From the NCBI GenBank assembly GCA_964553795.1, contig CAZKMR010000001.1:19230-83229 (forward strand): a stretch of DNA of 64,000 nucleotides, given 5' to 3'. This document shows positions 47,895 to 56,474 of the stretch, in pieces (position 1 is the first letter of the stretch; each line of letters begins with the position of its first letter). Source of the DNA: an uncultured Bifidobacterium sp. Lineage in GTDB: Bacteria; Verrucomicrobiota; Verrucomicrobiia; Limisphaerales; JADLHS01. A program made the translations under genes and the position numbers. The notes below the pieces were generated by a model. That model was not told the origin of the DNA and made no database searches. It worked only from the letters and a program-made list of their open reading frames with translations.

Positions 47895-48779
47895 GTGCGT
47901 TGGAACAAAATCACACTCGTTGGCGTCGGCTTGCTGGGCGGTTCGCTTGGCCTGGCGCTGCGCCGACGTAAGCTCGCCAAAGAGATTGCCGGCTATGTTC
48001 GACGGGAGGCGAGTATCGCGGAGTGTGAGCAAGCGGGTGCAACGGATTACGCGACGACCGATTTGCTCGCCGCAGTTTCAAATGCGGATTTGATCATCCT
48101 CTGCACGCCGTTAGCACAAATGAAATCGCTGACGCGGCAAATGCTTCCGGCGCTGAAGCGCGGCGCGATTGTCAGCGACGTTGGCAGTGTGAAAGCCTGT
48201 GTCGTGAAGGATGTCGAAACGCTGATTCACAAAGCGGGCGCGCATTTTGTGGGGAGTCATCCGATGGCGGGTGGCGAAAAACAGGGCGTGCTGGCGGCGC
48301 GGGCGGAATTGTTCGAGAACGCGATTTGCGTCGTCACCCCAACGCGGAAAACCAACGCAACCGCCTTGCGCAAAGTGGAAACTCTGTGGCGCGATGTTGG
48401 GGCGCGATTGCTGCGCACCACGCCGGAAGCGCATGATGAGTTTGTGAGCCGCTCCAGTCACTTGCCGCATCTGCTGGCGGCGACGCTGGCGAATCTGGTG
48501 CTCAATCCGAAATTGCCCAAAGAACAAACCAAACTTTGTGCAACCGGTTTTCGTGACACGACGCGGATTGCGTCCGGTTCGCCGGAGATGTGGCGGGACA
48601 TCGCGATGACCAATCGCAAGTATCTCCTTCGCGCGGTAAAAACCTTTGCTGGTGACTTGGGCAAGTTTGAAAAAGCGTTGAAGCAAAATGATGCCCAAGC
48701 CATCGCCAATTTTTTCCAGACTGCCAAGCAGCGGCGTGACAACTGGTGCGCGGCGTGTGCGTCATCTTCGTCCGAGTAA
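47895..48779 (+). CDS. tyrA: Prephenate/arogenate dehydrogenase
   Basis: ITLVGVGLLGGSLGLAL NAD fold, GSHPMAG, SHLPHLLA and PEMWRDI. Confidence 0.85.
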   Translation: MRWNKITLVGVGLLGGSLGLALRRRKLAKEIAGYVRREASIAECEQAGATDYATTDLLAAVSNADLIILCTPLAQMKSLTRQMLPALKRGAIVSDVGSVKACVVKDVETLIHKAGAHFVGSHPMAGGEKQGVLAARAELFENAICVVTPTRKTNATALRKVETLWRDVGARLLRTTPEAHDEFVSRSSHLPHLLAATLANLVLNPKLPKEQTKLCATGFRDTTRIASGSPEMWRDIAMTNRKYLLRAVKTFAGDLGKFEKALKQNDAQAIANFFQTAKQRRDNWCAACASSSSE

Positions 48780-48797
48780 CTCCACCAAATACTAATT

Positions 48798-49526
48798 ATG
48801 AGCGAACCTAGCGAATTCAGCGACAGCGGTCAGCCGATTTATCGGCATACGGAGCGAAAGCGGGAATTTGAGTTCGCTGCCGGCGACGAACAAAGCATCG
48901 AACTTATTTCGGATCACATCGAGAAACATCTCGGCACTCCGGCGACGGTGTTTCACGAGTTGATTTCGGATCTCGTCCATATTGACGTTCATATCATAGC
49001 GCCCACTGAGGAGCGGCCGTTTTATTCGCTGATCACCTCGGGGATGAGCGACAAACCGATGAATGCCCCGGAAGGAGCCGAGGACTTGCGGTACGCCGAA
49101 TTGATGATTTGTCTTCCGCCTGACTGGCCGATGACGCAAGAAGAATGGAAGAAAGACCAGGATAGTTTCTGGCCGATCCAGTCGCTGAAATTTCTCGCCC
49201 GGTTTCCGCATGAATACGATACCTGGCTTTGCCTTGATCACACCGTCCCGAATGGCGACCCGCCCGAACCATTCGGAAACACCGAATTCTGTTGCGCGAT
49301 GCTGGGCGGCTGCGCCACAGCGCCGCAGGAGTTCTGGCAACTGAAGGTCAGTGAGGATAAAACCATCAACTTCTTCGGGTTATACTTCCTTTATCGCGAA
49401 GAGATGGATTTGAAGATGAAGAAAGGTGCGGAGGCGCTTTGGGAGCTGTTGGAGAAAAGCAACGTGACCGAATTGCTGGACGTCTCGCGCAAGAATACGG
49501 CGAAAAAACGATTTGGAATATTTTAG
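48798..49526 (+). CDS. SUFU-like (suppressor-of-fused family) domain protein
   Basis: HIDVHIIAPTEERPFYSLITSGMSDKPM..AELMICLPPDWP...WPIQSLKFLARFPHEY matches my memory of the bacterial SUFU/Imm-SUFU domain pattern. Confidence 0.6.
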   Translation: MSEPSEFSDSGQPIYRHTERKREFEFAAGDEQSIELISDHIEKHLGTPATVFHELISDLVHIDVHIIAPTEERPFYSLITSGMSDKPMNAPEGAEDLRYAELMICLPPDWPMTQEEWKKDQDSFWPIQSLKFLARFPHEYDTWLCLDHTVPNGDPPEPFGNTEFCCAMLGGCATAPQEFWQLKVSEDKTINFFGLYFLYREEMDLKMKKGAEALWELLEKSNVTELLDVSRKNTAKKRFGIF

Positions 49527-49534
49527 TGCCTCGG

Positions 49535-50992
49535 ATGCCTCTTCCCGATTTGATCGAAATCATCCCGCTCGACGAGCCCGTGCGCGCGGAGATCACCGTG
49601 CCTGGTTCGAAGAGCATCACGAATCGCGCGCTCATTCTCGCGGCGCTGGCGGATGGTGAAGTGACGTTGACGGGCGCGCTGTGGAGTGAGGATACGCAGG
49701 TGATGACCGAGGCGTTGCGAACGCTCGGATTCGACGTGCGCGTGGAGAATGATCCGGCGGAGTTTTGTAATCGGACGATTACGGTCAAAGGGCAGGGCGG
49801 ACGGATTCCCAAAGCAGGCACGGCGGAAAAGCCGCTGGAGCTGTTTGTGGGCAATGCGGGTACAGCAGCGCGGTTTCTGGCGGCGCTGGTTTGTTTGGGC
49901 AACGGCGTGTATCGGTTGAGCGGCGTGCCGCGGATGCACGAACGTCCGCAGGCGGAATTGTTCAAGGCGTTGCGCGAACTTGGCTATCGCGTGGAGACAC
50001 CGAACGAAAAGTTGCCGGCAGTGATTTTTGGCGAAGCGCCGGAGCGCGGCTCTGTGAGCCGCAGCGATTCGGCCACGCCGGAGGCTTCCATTGATTCTGG
50101 ACGTGAAAAAGCTGACGAGAGCGCTGCGGGTCGCAGACCCGCGCTCCGGAAGCGCAGTTGCACCGTCAGCATTTCGGAAAGCTCGCAATTTGCCTCGGCG
50201 CTGTTGCTCGCGGCGAAGCATGGTGGATGGGAAGTGAAGATTGCCGGTGATGATGACGAGGAAGCGCCGTATGTAGTAATGACCCAACGATTGATCGAAT
50301 CGTTTCCCAAACGTGGAGGTCGTTTTCAGATTGAGCCGGATGCATCCAGCGGCAGTTATTTTTGGGGCGCGGGCTGGTTGGTTACAGTGAAATGGTGGCT
50401 GGGTGCTCCGGTTGAGGAACTAGGTCCGGAGGGTTCGCCGATTTGGGTAAAGGCGTGGCCGAAATCTGGCTGGCAAATTGATGCGGCATTTCCCGATTTC
50501 CAGCCTTGGCCGGAAAGTATTTCGCGTGAAGGTCAGTTGGCTGACAGCATCATGACTGCGGTGGTGTTGGTCGCAGACCGGGAAAGTGCAGTTGATTGTT
50601 ATCTTGAGCCTCGTGCGGAGATGAAATTCACCGAACTTGGCCGGTTGCGCGTGCAGGAATGTGAGCGCGTCGTTGCTTTGCGCACGGAGTTGACCAAGTG
50701 CGGAGCAAAAGTGGTTGAAGAAGGCGACACGTTGACGGTTTACCCCTCCGATCTGCACGGCGCGGAGATCGAGACCTACAACGATCATCGCATGGCCATG
50801 TGTTTTGCGATTCTGGGATTGAAAGTGCCGGGGATAAAAATCAAGAATCCCGCGTGCGTGAAGAAGACGTTCCCCAATTTTTTCCAGAAACTCGCCGCGC
50901 CGCCACCCAATGGATTGGGCGTGGAGATTTGGGAAATTAAGGACGCCCAACGGACACGGAAATTGGAAGGTGAAGATTTGTTTGCGGACTGA
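49535..50992 (+). CDS. aroA: 3-phosphoshikimate 1-carboxyvinyltransferase (EPSP synthase) with an in-frame repeat-derived insert
   Basis: PGSKSITNRALILAALA, LFVGNAGTAARFL, MHERP, SSQFASALLL, DHRMAMCFAILGL and VKKTFPNFF. The start is ATG 49535. Confidence 0.9.
   Translation: MPLPDLIEIIPLDEPVRAEITVPGSKSITNRALILAALADGEVTLTGALWSEDTQVMTEALRTLGFDVRVENDPAEFCNRTITVKGQGGRIPKAGTAEKPLELFVGNAGTAARFLAALVCLGNGVYRLSGVPRMHERPQAELFKALRELGYRVETPNEKLPAVIFGEAPERGSVSRSDSATPEASIDSGREKADESAAGRRPALRKRSCTVSISESSQFASALLLAAKHGGWEVKIAGDDDEEAPYVVMTQRLIESFPKRGGRFQIEPDASSGSYFWGAGWLVTVKWWLGAPVEELGPEGSPIWVKAWPKSGWQIDAAFPDFQPWPESISREGQLADSIMTAVVLVADRESAVDCYLEPRAEMKFTELGRLRVQECERVVALRTELTKCGAKVVEEGDTLTVYPSDLHGAEIETYNDHRMAMCFAILGLKVPGIKIKNPACVKKTFPNFFQKLAAPPPNGLGVEIWEIKDAQRTRKLEGEDLFAD
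50040..50148. repeat. Nested-hairpin inverted repeat (GGAGCG-frame family) inside the aroA ORF
   Basis: CGGAGCGCGG-CTC-TGT-GAG-CCGCAGCG (left) ... CGCTGCGG-GTC-GCA-GAC-CCGCGCTCCG (right). The arms are near-identical to those at 22297-22370. Confidence 0.7.
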
Positions 50993-51005
50993 AAAGCGGT
51001 TGCAG

Positions 51006-51084
51006 GTTGAAAGTTGAAGGTTGCAAGTTGGCAGAGAAACGTCGCGGGTAAATCACCTGCAACTTGCAACCTTCAACTTGTAAC
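51006..51084. repeat. Long inverted repeat (about 28-bp stem) built of GTTGNAA heptads, between aroA and cmk
   Basis: The left arm is gttgaaagttgaaggttgcaagttggcag (51006-51034). The right arm is ctgcaacttgcaaccttcaacttgtaac (51057-51084). The loop is 22 nt. Confidence 0.65.
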
Positions 51085-51092
51085 TTTGAATT

Positions 51093-51749
51093 GTGAAGAA
51101 GCATCCCATCGTCATTGCTATTGATGGCACGAGCGCGAGCGGCAAGAGCACCAACGCCAAGTTGGTCGCCAAGGCGCTCGGTTTTGTTTACGTGGACACC
51201 GGCGCGATGTATCGCACGCTGGCGTGGCATTGCCTGTCCAATCGCATTGATTTTCACGATGCGAAAGCGGTGGCGACGGCGTGTCGCAAATGGAAAACCA
51301 AACTCGAATGCGTGGACGCCAAAGTGCGCCTCACGGTGGATGGCTATTTTCCGGAAAAGGAAATTCGCACGGCGGAAGTGAGCGTGGCGGTGTCGATGAT
51401 TGCCGCCGTGCCGAAGGTGCGCGAGTGGATGAAGAAAACGCAGCGCGAATGCATTCAATTCGGCAATCTGGTGATGGAGGGGCGCGACATCGGCACGAAT
51501 GTTTTTCCCGAGACGGACTACAAATATTACCTCGACGCGCATCTTGAAGAGCGCACGAAACGTCGTGTGGCCGAAGGTGTGAATGAAAATCTCGCCGCGC
51601 GCGATCAACGTGACAGTCAACGCGCCGCCGCGCCGTTGATGATCGCGTTGGGGGCGAAGGTGATTAACAACTCGAACATGACGAGCGAGCAGACGAGCGG
51701 GTTGTTGATAAAGGATATTCAGGAACGGTTGAAAGCCGACGGACGATGA
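51093..51749 (+). CDS. cmk: Cytidylate kinase
   Basis: IAIDGTSASGKST P-loop, YVDTGAMYR and GRDIGT. GTG start. Confidence 0.9.
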   Translation: MKKHPIVIAIDGTSASGKSTNAKLVAKALGFVYVDTGAMYRTLAWHCLSNRIDFHDAKAVATACRKWKTKLECVDAKVRLTVDGYFPEKEIRTAEVSVAVSMIAAVPKVREWMKKTQRECIQFGNLVMEGRDIGTNVFPETDYKYYLDAHLEERTKRRVAEGVNENLAARDQRDSQRAAAPLMIALGAKVINNSNMTSEQTSGLLIKDIQERLKADGR

Positions 51750-52399
51750 ACCCCGTTTATTACTGCGGCTGGCGCTTCTTTCGCACGGCGTACAAAGTTT
51801 ATTGTCGCGCCGAGTGGTTCAATGCCGAGCGCGTGCCAAAATCTGGTCCGGTCATCCTGGCCTCTAATCACGCCAGCATCATTGATCCGCCGCTGGTGGG
51901 CACCGGCCTGGAGCGCGGCATTAGTTATCTGGCGCGGGAATCGTTGTTTCGCTTTCCAGGCATTGGTTGGTTGTTGCGCAATTGGGACGCAGTGCCGGTG
52001 GACCGCGACGGTGGCGGTGCGAAGGGATTGAAAATCATTCTGGATCGCTTGCTAGGAGGCGCTGGGATCATTTTGTTTCCCGAAGGAACGCGGACGTTAG
52101 ACGGCAAACTTCAGCCCGCGCGTTCCGGGATTGGTTTAACCGTGATCAAGTCCAACGCGCCGGTAGTGCCGGTGCGGGTGTTTGGGACATTCGAAGCTTT
52201 TGGCAAAGAGGCGAAATTTCCCAAGCCACACAAAATCGCGGCCAAGTACGGGAAGCCGATGGATTTTGCGGCGTTGCGCGCGGAGGCAAAAACGTGTTCC
52301 AAGGCGCGGCTCAAAGAAATTTATCAGGAAGTCGCGGACGAAATCATGCGGCAGATCGCCAAGCTCGAGCCGTGCGTAGATAAAGACACTTTTCCGTAA
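51746..52399 (+). CDS. plsC: 1-acyl-sn-glycerol-3-phosphate acyltransferase
   Basis: NHASIIDP (HX4D) and FPEGTR motifs. An ATGA overlap joins it to cmk. Confidence 0.85.
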   Translation: MNPVYYCGWRFFRTAYKVYCRAEWFNAERVPKSGPVILASNHASIIDPPLVGTGLERGISYLARESLFRFPGIGWLLRNWDAVPVDRDGGGAKGLKIILDRLLGGAGIILFPEGTRTLDGKLQPARSGIGLTVIKSNAPVVPVRVFGTFEAFGKEAKFPKPHKIAAKYGKPMDFAALRAEAKTCSKARLKEIYQEVADEIMRQIAKLEPCVDKDTFP

Positions 52400-52458
52400 G
52401 GCCTCGGCGAGTAAACGGGTGTGATTAAAAGTGGGTGAGGCGCGGCGCAGATCATTGT

Positions 52459-52568
52459 GGAGCGCGGACGGTCTCCGTCCGCAGCGCGCCGCCAGCACGA
52501 CCCGCAACGAATTTGTCCGAGCCACCTTTTCCTGTCCCTGCGCTGCGAGCGGGGACCGCTCGCGCTCC
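52459..52568. repeat. Nested-hairpin inverted repeat (GGAGCG-frame family), intergenic
   Basis: GGAGCGCGG-ACGG-TCT-CCGT-CCGCAGCG ... CGCTGCG-AGCGG-GGA-CCGCT-CGCGCTCC. The outer frame matches the aroA and 22297 copies, but the inner stems differ. Confidence 0.6.
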
Positions 52569-52663
52569 AGCAGATCCCGACACTCACTTTTAATTGCATC
52601 CCACCACAACAGTCTTCAAGGAAATGTATTTTCCAATCGGATGGCGGTTCGTAAGCTACGCCG

Positions 52664-53866
52664 GTGTCTGAAGCGAAAGCACAATCCAATCTAGTCGAGC
52701 CAAGCGTGTCTCCGTCCCGTTCGCTGCCAATCTTGGGCATTGTCGGTGGCGGACAACTTGCCAAGATGATTGCGCAAGCGGCGCGGCAACTCGGCTGCGA
52801 CGTTGCGGTGCTCGAACGCCAGGCTCATAGCCCGGCAGCGGACCTCACCACGCATCACATCGTCGGCGATTGGGATGATCCCGAAACCTTGATTGAGCTG
52901 GGGAAAGTTTCCGATGTCGTGACGTTGGAAAACGAATTTGTCTCCGCAGATAGTCTGGCGGCGCTGGAGCGGGCCGGGCATGCGTTGTGGCCCACGGCGG
53001 CGAACATTCGCGTGGTGCAGGACAAGCTGACGCAGAAGCAGGCGTTCGTGGACGCCGGTCTGCCCGTGCCGCGTTTCATGGCGGTGGCGAATCAGGCTGA
53101 GGTGGCCGCTGCCGCTGAAAAGCTTGGCTGGCCGTTGCTGCTGAAGAAGCGGCGTTGCGGTTATGACGGCAAAGGCAATTTTACCGTGCGCTCGACGGCG
53201 GACATTGAAACCGCGTGGCAGCAACTCGGCGGTGACAGCAATGAGCTTTATGTCGAGGAGTTCTGCCGGTTCACGGCGGAACTAGCCATTATGATCACGC
53301 GCGGGCGCGACGGCACGAGCGTGAGTTATCCCCTCGTGGAAACGATTCAGCGTGATCACATTTGTCACGTCGTCAAAGCACCGGCGGCAGTTTCGCCGGG
53401 CATTGCCGCAATTGCGGCGGACATTGCGCAACGCGCGGTCGCTGCGGTGAACGGCGTTGGCAGCGTGGGCGTGGAAATGTTTCTCACCGCCGACCGCAAC
53501 ATTTTGATCAATGAAATGGCCCCGCGCGTGCACAACTCAGGTCATTACACCATTGAAGCGTGCGCGTGTTCGCAGTTTGAAAATCACGTTCGGGCGGTGA
53601 TGGGATGGCCGTTGGGTTCGCCGGCACTGCGCGCGCCCGCGGCGGTGATGGTGAATTTGCTGGGTGCGGCGAAAGGCTCGGGCAATCCGCATGGAATGAG
53701 CGCCGCGTTACGAGTTGCCGGTGCCAGCGTTCACGTTTACGGTAAAACTTCCAGTTCGCCCGGGCGCAAGATGGGACACATCACCGCGTTGGGCGAGACG
53801 ATGGAACAGGCGTTGGAAAGCGCACAGGCCGCGACGGCAGCGATTCGTTTTGGAGGAACAAATTGA
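52664..53866 (+). CDS. purK: N5-carboxyaminoimidazole ribonucleotide synthase
   Basis: [13 protein letters not shown], an ATP-grasp fold ([21 protein letters not shown]) and [12 protein letters not shown]. The start is uncertain: GTG 52664 or GTG 52706. Confidence 0.85.
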   Translation: MSEAKAQSNLVEPSVSPSRSLPILGIVGGGQLAKMIAQAARQLGCDVAVLERQAHSPAADLTTHHIVGDWDDPETLIELGKVSDVVTLENEFVSADSLAALERAGHALWPTAANIRVVQDKLTQKQAFVDAGLPVPRFMAVANQAEVAAAAEKLGWPLLLKKRRCGYDGKGNFTVRSTADIETAWQQLGGDSNELYVEEFCRFTAELAIMITRGRDGTSVSYPLVETIQRDHICHVVKAPAAVSPGIAAIAADIAQRAVAAVNGVGSVGVEMFLTADRNILINEMAPRVHNSGHYTIEACACSQFENHVRAVMGWPLGSPALRAPAAVMVNLLGAAKGSGNPHGMSAALRVAGASVHVYGKTSSSPGRKMGHITALGETMEQALESAQAATAAIRFGGTN

Positions 53867-54363
53867 AAGCGAAAGCAACTCAACCACTGGTCGGCATCAT
53901 CATGGGCAGCGATTCGGATTGGCCGACGATGAAAGCGGCCGCTGATATCTGCGAGCAGTTTGGCGTGCCGCACGAGGTGCGCGTGGTTTCGGCGCATCGC
54001 ACACCGGATGACATGGCGCGCTATGGTCGCACGGCGCACAAACGTGGTTTGCGCGTGGTGATTGCAGGCGCGGGTGGCGCGGCGCATTTACCGGGAATGA
54101 TTGCGAGCCACACGCCGTTGCCGGTGGTCGGAGTGCCGGTGGAGAGCAAGGCGCTGAAGGGCATGGACTCGTTGTTATCCATTGCGCAAATGCCGGCTGG
54201 CGTCCCGGTGGCGACAGTGGCGATTGGTAACGGTCGCAACGCAGGGCTGTTGGCGGTGGAGATTCTCGGCACGAGCGACGCGGCGTTGCAGAAAAAACTG
54301 CTGGCGTACAAAGCGCAGATGGCAAAGGAATCGCGGGCCAAGAATAAAAATCTGGCGCGTTAA
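53863..54363 (+). CDS. purE: N5-CAIR mutase
   Basis: [21 protein letters not shown] and [17 protein letters not shown] start overlaps the purK stop. Confidence 0.93.
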   Translation: MKAKATQPLVGIIMGSDSDWPTMKAAADICEQFGVPHEVRVVSAHRTPDDMARYGRTAHKRGLRVVIAGAGGAAHLPGMIASHTPLPVVGVPVESKALKGMDSLLSIAQMPAGVPVATVAIGNGRNAGLLAVEILGTSDAALQKKLLAYKAQMAKESRAKNKNLAR

Positions 54364-54365
54364 AC

Positions 54366-55355
54366 ATGGGCTTCTTCGATGCCATCCAAGCGAATCTGCT
54401 GACACCGGCAGTGTTGTTCTTTGCGCTCGGGTGCATTGCCGCTCTGGTGAAAAGCGATCTGCGGTTTCCCGAGCCGTTGTACATCACGCTGACGATCTAT
54501 CTGCTGGTGGCCATTGGATTCAAGGGCGGGGTGGCGATTTCGGAAGCCGGCCTGCGGGCCGTTTGGTTGCCATCGGTGGCGGCGTTGATTATCGGGACAT
54601 TGATTCCACTGTGGACGTATCCGTTGCTTCGCTACGTCGGAAAATTGTCGCCGGTAGATGCTGCGGCGATCGGCGGACACTACGGCTCAGTGAGTGCGGT
54701 GACGTTCATAGCCGCGACAAATTTTCTCAAGTCCGTTTCCGAGCCGCATGAGAATTATGCGTCGGCGTTTCTCGCGGTGATGGAATCGCCGGCGATAGTC
54801 ATCGCGGTGCTGCTGGGCAAGATGGCGACGCGCGACGCGAAGTCCGATTTCAAGGAAACGATGAAAGTGGCGCTGCATGAATCCATGCTGGGGCGCAGCG
54901 TGGTGTTGCTGGTCGGCGCGCTGATCATCGGATTTTTGTGTGGCAAACGCGGGGCGGAAACCACGGCGGGCTTGTTTGTGACGCCGTTCCAAGGCGTGCT
55001 CGCGTTGTTTCTTCTGGAGATGGGCACAATCGCCGCGCGACGTTTTCAGGATTTGCGCAAGGTCGGTTTGTTCCTGCTGGCGTTCGGCGTCGTGATGCCG
55101 CTAATTCACGGCATGATCGGCATCTGGCTCGGGAAAACGGTGGGCTTGAGTCTGGGCGGCGCGACGTTGTTTGGCGTGTTGACGGCGAGTGCGTCGTACA
55201 TAGCTGCTCCGGCGGCGATGCGGTTGTCGTTGCCGGAAGCGAATCCCACGCTGTACCTGACGGCGGCGTTGGCGATTACGTTCCCGTTCAACATCGCATT
55301 TGGCATTCCGATTTATTACGCGGTGGCGAAATGGCTGTTTGGAGGAAGCGTATGA
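54366..55355 (+). CDS. sbtA: SbtA-like sodium-dependent bicarbonate transporter family permease
   Basis: Polytopic protein of about 330 aa starting MGFFDAIQANLLTPAVLFFALGCIAALVKSDLRFPE, matching the Sbt_1/DUF897 pattern as I remember it. It starts 2 nt after purE. Confidence 0.75.
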   Translation: MGFFDAIQANLLTPAVLFFALGCIAALVKSDLRFPEPLYITLTIYLLVAIGFKGGVAISEAGLRAVWLPSVAALIIGTLIPLWTYPLLRYVGKLSPVDAAAIGGHYGSVSAVTFIAATNFLKSVSEPHENYASAFLAVMESPAIVIAVLLGKMATRDAKSDFKETMKVALHESMLGRSVVLLVGALIIGFLCGKRGAETTAGLFVTPFQGVLALFLLEMGTIAARRFQDLRKVGLFLLAFGVVMPLIHGMIGIWLGKTVGLSLGGATLFGVLTASASYIAAPAAMRLSLPEANPTLYLTAALAITFPFNIAFGIPIYYAVAKWLFGGSV

Positions 55356-55654
55356 CCATGTATCCGATGAAACTGGTGACGATCATTTGTGAAGCGCTGG
55401 CGCGGGAGCCGCTCACGCGATTTCTCGACAAGTCTGGGGCACACGGCTACACGTTGTTTCGCGTCGAAGGCACGGGCGCAAAAGGCTCGCGCGTCGCGGA
55501 TATGGAGGAGTTTGCCAACATCCAGGTGGAAGTCGTCGTCACGCCGGAAGTGGCGGAGCGATTGTTGGAGCAGCTGCAGAAGGAATTCTTCGCGCGCTTT
55601 GCCATGATCGCCTTCGAATCCGACGTGCGCGTGTTGCGGTCCAACAAATTCTAA
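55352..55654 (+). CDS. sbtB: PII-like regulator SbtB
   Basis: 100 aa. KLVTIICEALAREPLTRFLDKSGAHGYTLFRVEGTGAKGSR aligns by eye with cyanobacterial SbtB (KLVIVTE...ESGAKGYTV..GGKGSR). An ATGA overlap joins it to sbtA. Confidence 0.75.
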   Translation: MTMYPMKLVTIICEALAREPLTRFLDKSGAHGYTLFRVEGTGAKGSRVADMEEFANIQVEVVVTPEVAERLLEQLQKEFFARFAMIAFESDVRVLRSNKF

Positions 55655-55675
55655 CCGCCCACTTCAATCCCTACC

Positions 55676-56335
55676 GTGCAAAAGCTCATCGACGGAGTTC
55701 ACAAGTTTCGTAACGACGAGTTCGGCAATTACCGGAAACTGTTTCGCAAGCTGTCGCAGGAAGGGCAGAATCCGCACACGCTATTCATCACCTGTTCGGA
55801 TTCCCGCGTGTTGGCGGAGTTGATTACGCAGAGCAAGCCCGGGGATTTGTTTGTGGTGAAAAATGTCGGCAACATTGTCCCACCGGCGGAATCCACCGGC
55901 AGCACCAACTCGACCGCGGCGGCCATTGAATTCGCCGTCGAATCCCTGAAGGTCAGTGACATCGTAGTGTGCGGCCACACGCAATGCGGGGCGATGGAGG
56001 CGCTGCTGCGCGGACTGAAAGAGCCGGAGAGCCAGCCGCATTTGCGCGATTGGTTGTCACTGGCGTTGCCGGTGCGCCAGACGATTCAGACGCAATACAC
56101 CCACCTGAAAAGTCATGCGGAGCAAACCACCGCGGCGGGGCAGGAGAATGTCCTGTTCGCGCTCGATAACCTGCACAGTTACGCCTGCGTCCAACGCCGG
56201 TTGAACGACGGTTCCCTGCGCTTGCACGGCTGGTTCTTCAAGATCGCGACGGCGGAACTCTTTGCCTTTGATCCGGAGACGAAACAGTTCCTGCCGCTGG
56301 GAACAGATCTGGCCGCGCAAAGCCAATCCGATTGA
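55676..56335 (+). CDS. can: Beta-class carbonic anhydrase
   Basis: Zinc ligand motifs CSDSRV and GHTQCGAM. GTG start 21 nt after sbtB. Confidence 0.85.
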   Translation: MQKLIDGVHKFRNDEFGNYRKLFRKLSQEGQNPHTLFITCSDSRVLAELITQSKPGDLFVVKNVGNIVPPAESTGSTNSTAAAIEFAVESLKVSDIVVCGHTQCGAMEALLRGLKEPESQPHLRDWLSLALPVRQTIQTQYTHLKSHAEQTTAAGQENVLFALDNLHSYACVQRRLNDGSLRLHGWFFKIATAELFAFDPETKQFLPLGTDLAAQSQSD

Positions 56336-56397
56336 GGGAAGACTTTTTCGGAGCGAGCGAGGATTCATTCAGGGTTTGCATGGCTGTATGCTGTCGG

Positions 56398-56413
56398 CTT
56401 TACAACTGTAAAG
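56398..56413. promoter_or_regulatory. BlaI/CopY-type operator dyad CTTTACA-AC-TGTAAAG
   Basis: A perfect 7-bp inverted repeat containing TACAnnTGTA, 62 nt upstream of the blaI-like ATG. Confidence 0.5.
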
Positions 56414-56428
56414 ATTGCGCTTGACCGG

Positions 56429-56444
56429 CTTTACGGTTGTAGAG
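56429..56444. promoter_or_regulatory. Second, imperfect operator dyad CTTTAC-GGTT-GTAGAG
   Basis: It shares the CGGCTTTAC left half with the first dyad and sits 31 nt downstream of it. Confidence 0.4.
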
Positions 56445-56474
56445 ATGATGCGCCCGTCATCACCCAATTTTCAC

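Noticed and set aside
52569-52663. A possible ZTP or other riboswitch upstream of purK, and likewise upstream of the glyA fusion (63615-63773).
   Set aside because: I could not find the conserved ZTP/pfl core (the CCGCCTGGGC-type pseudoknot segment) or THF or glycine riboswitch cores by eye. A covariance-model scan would be needed.
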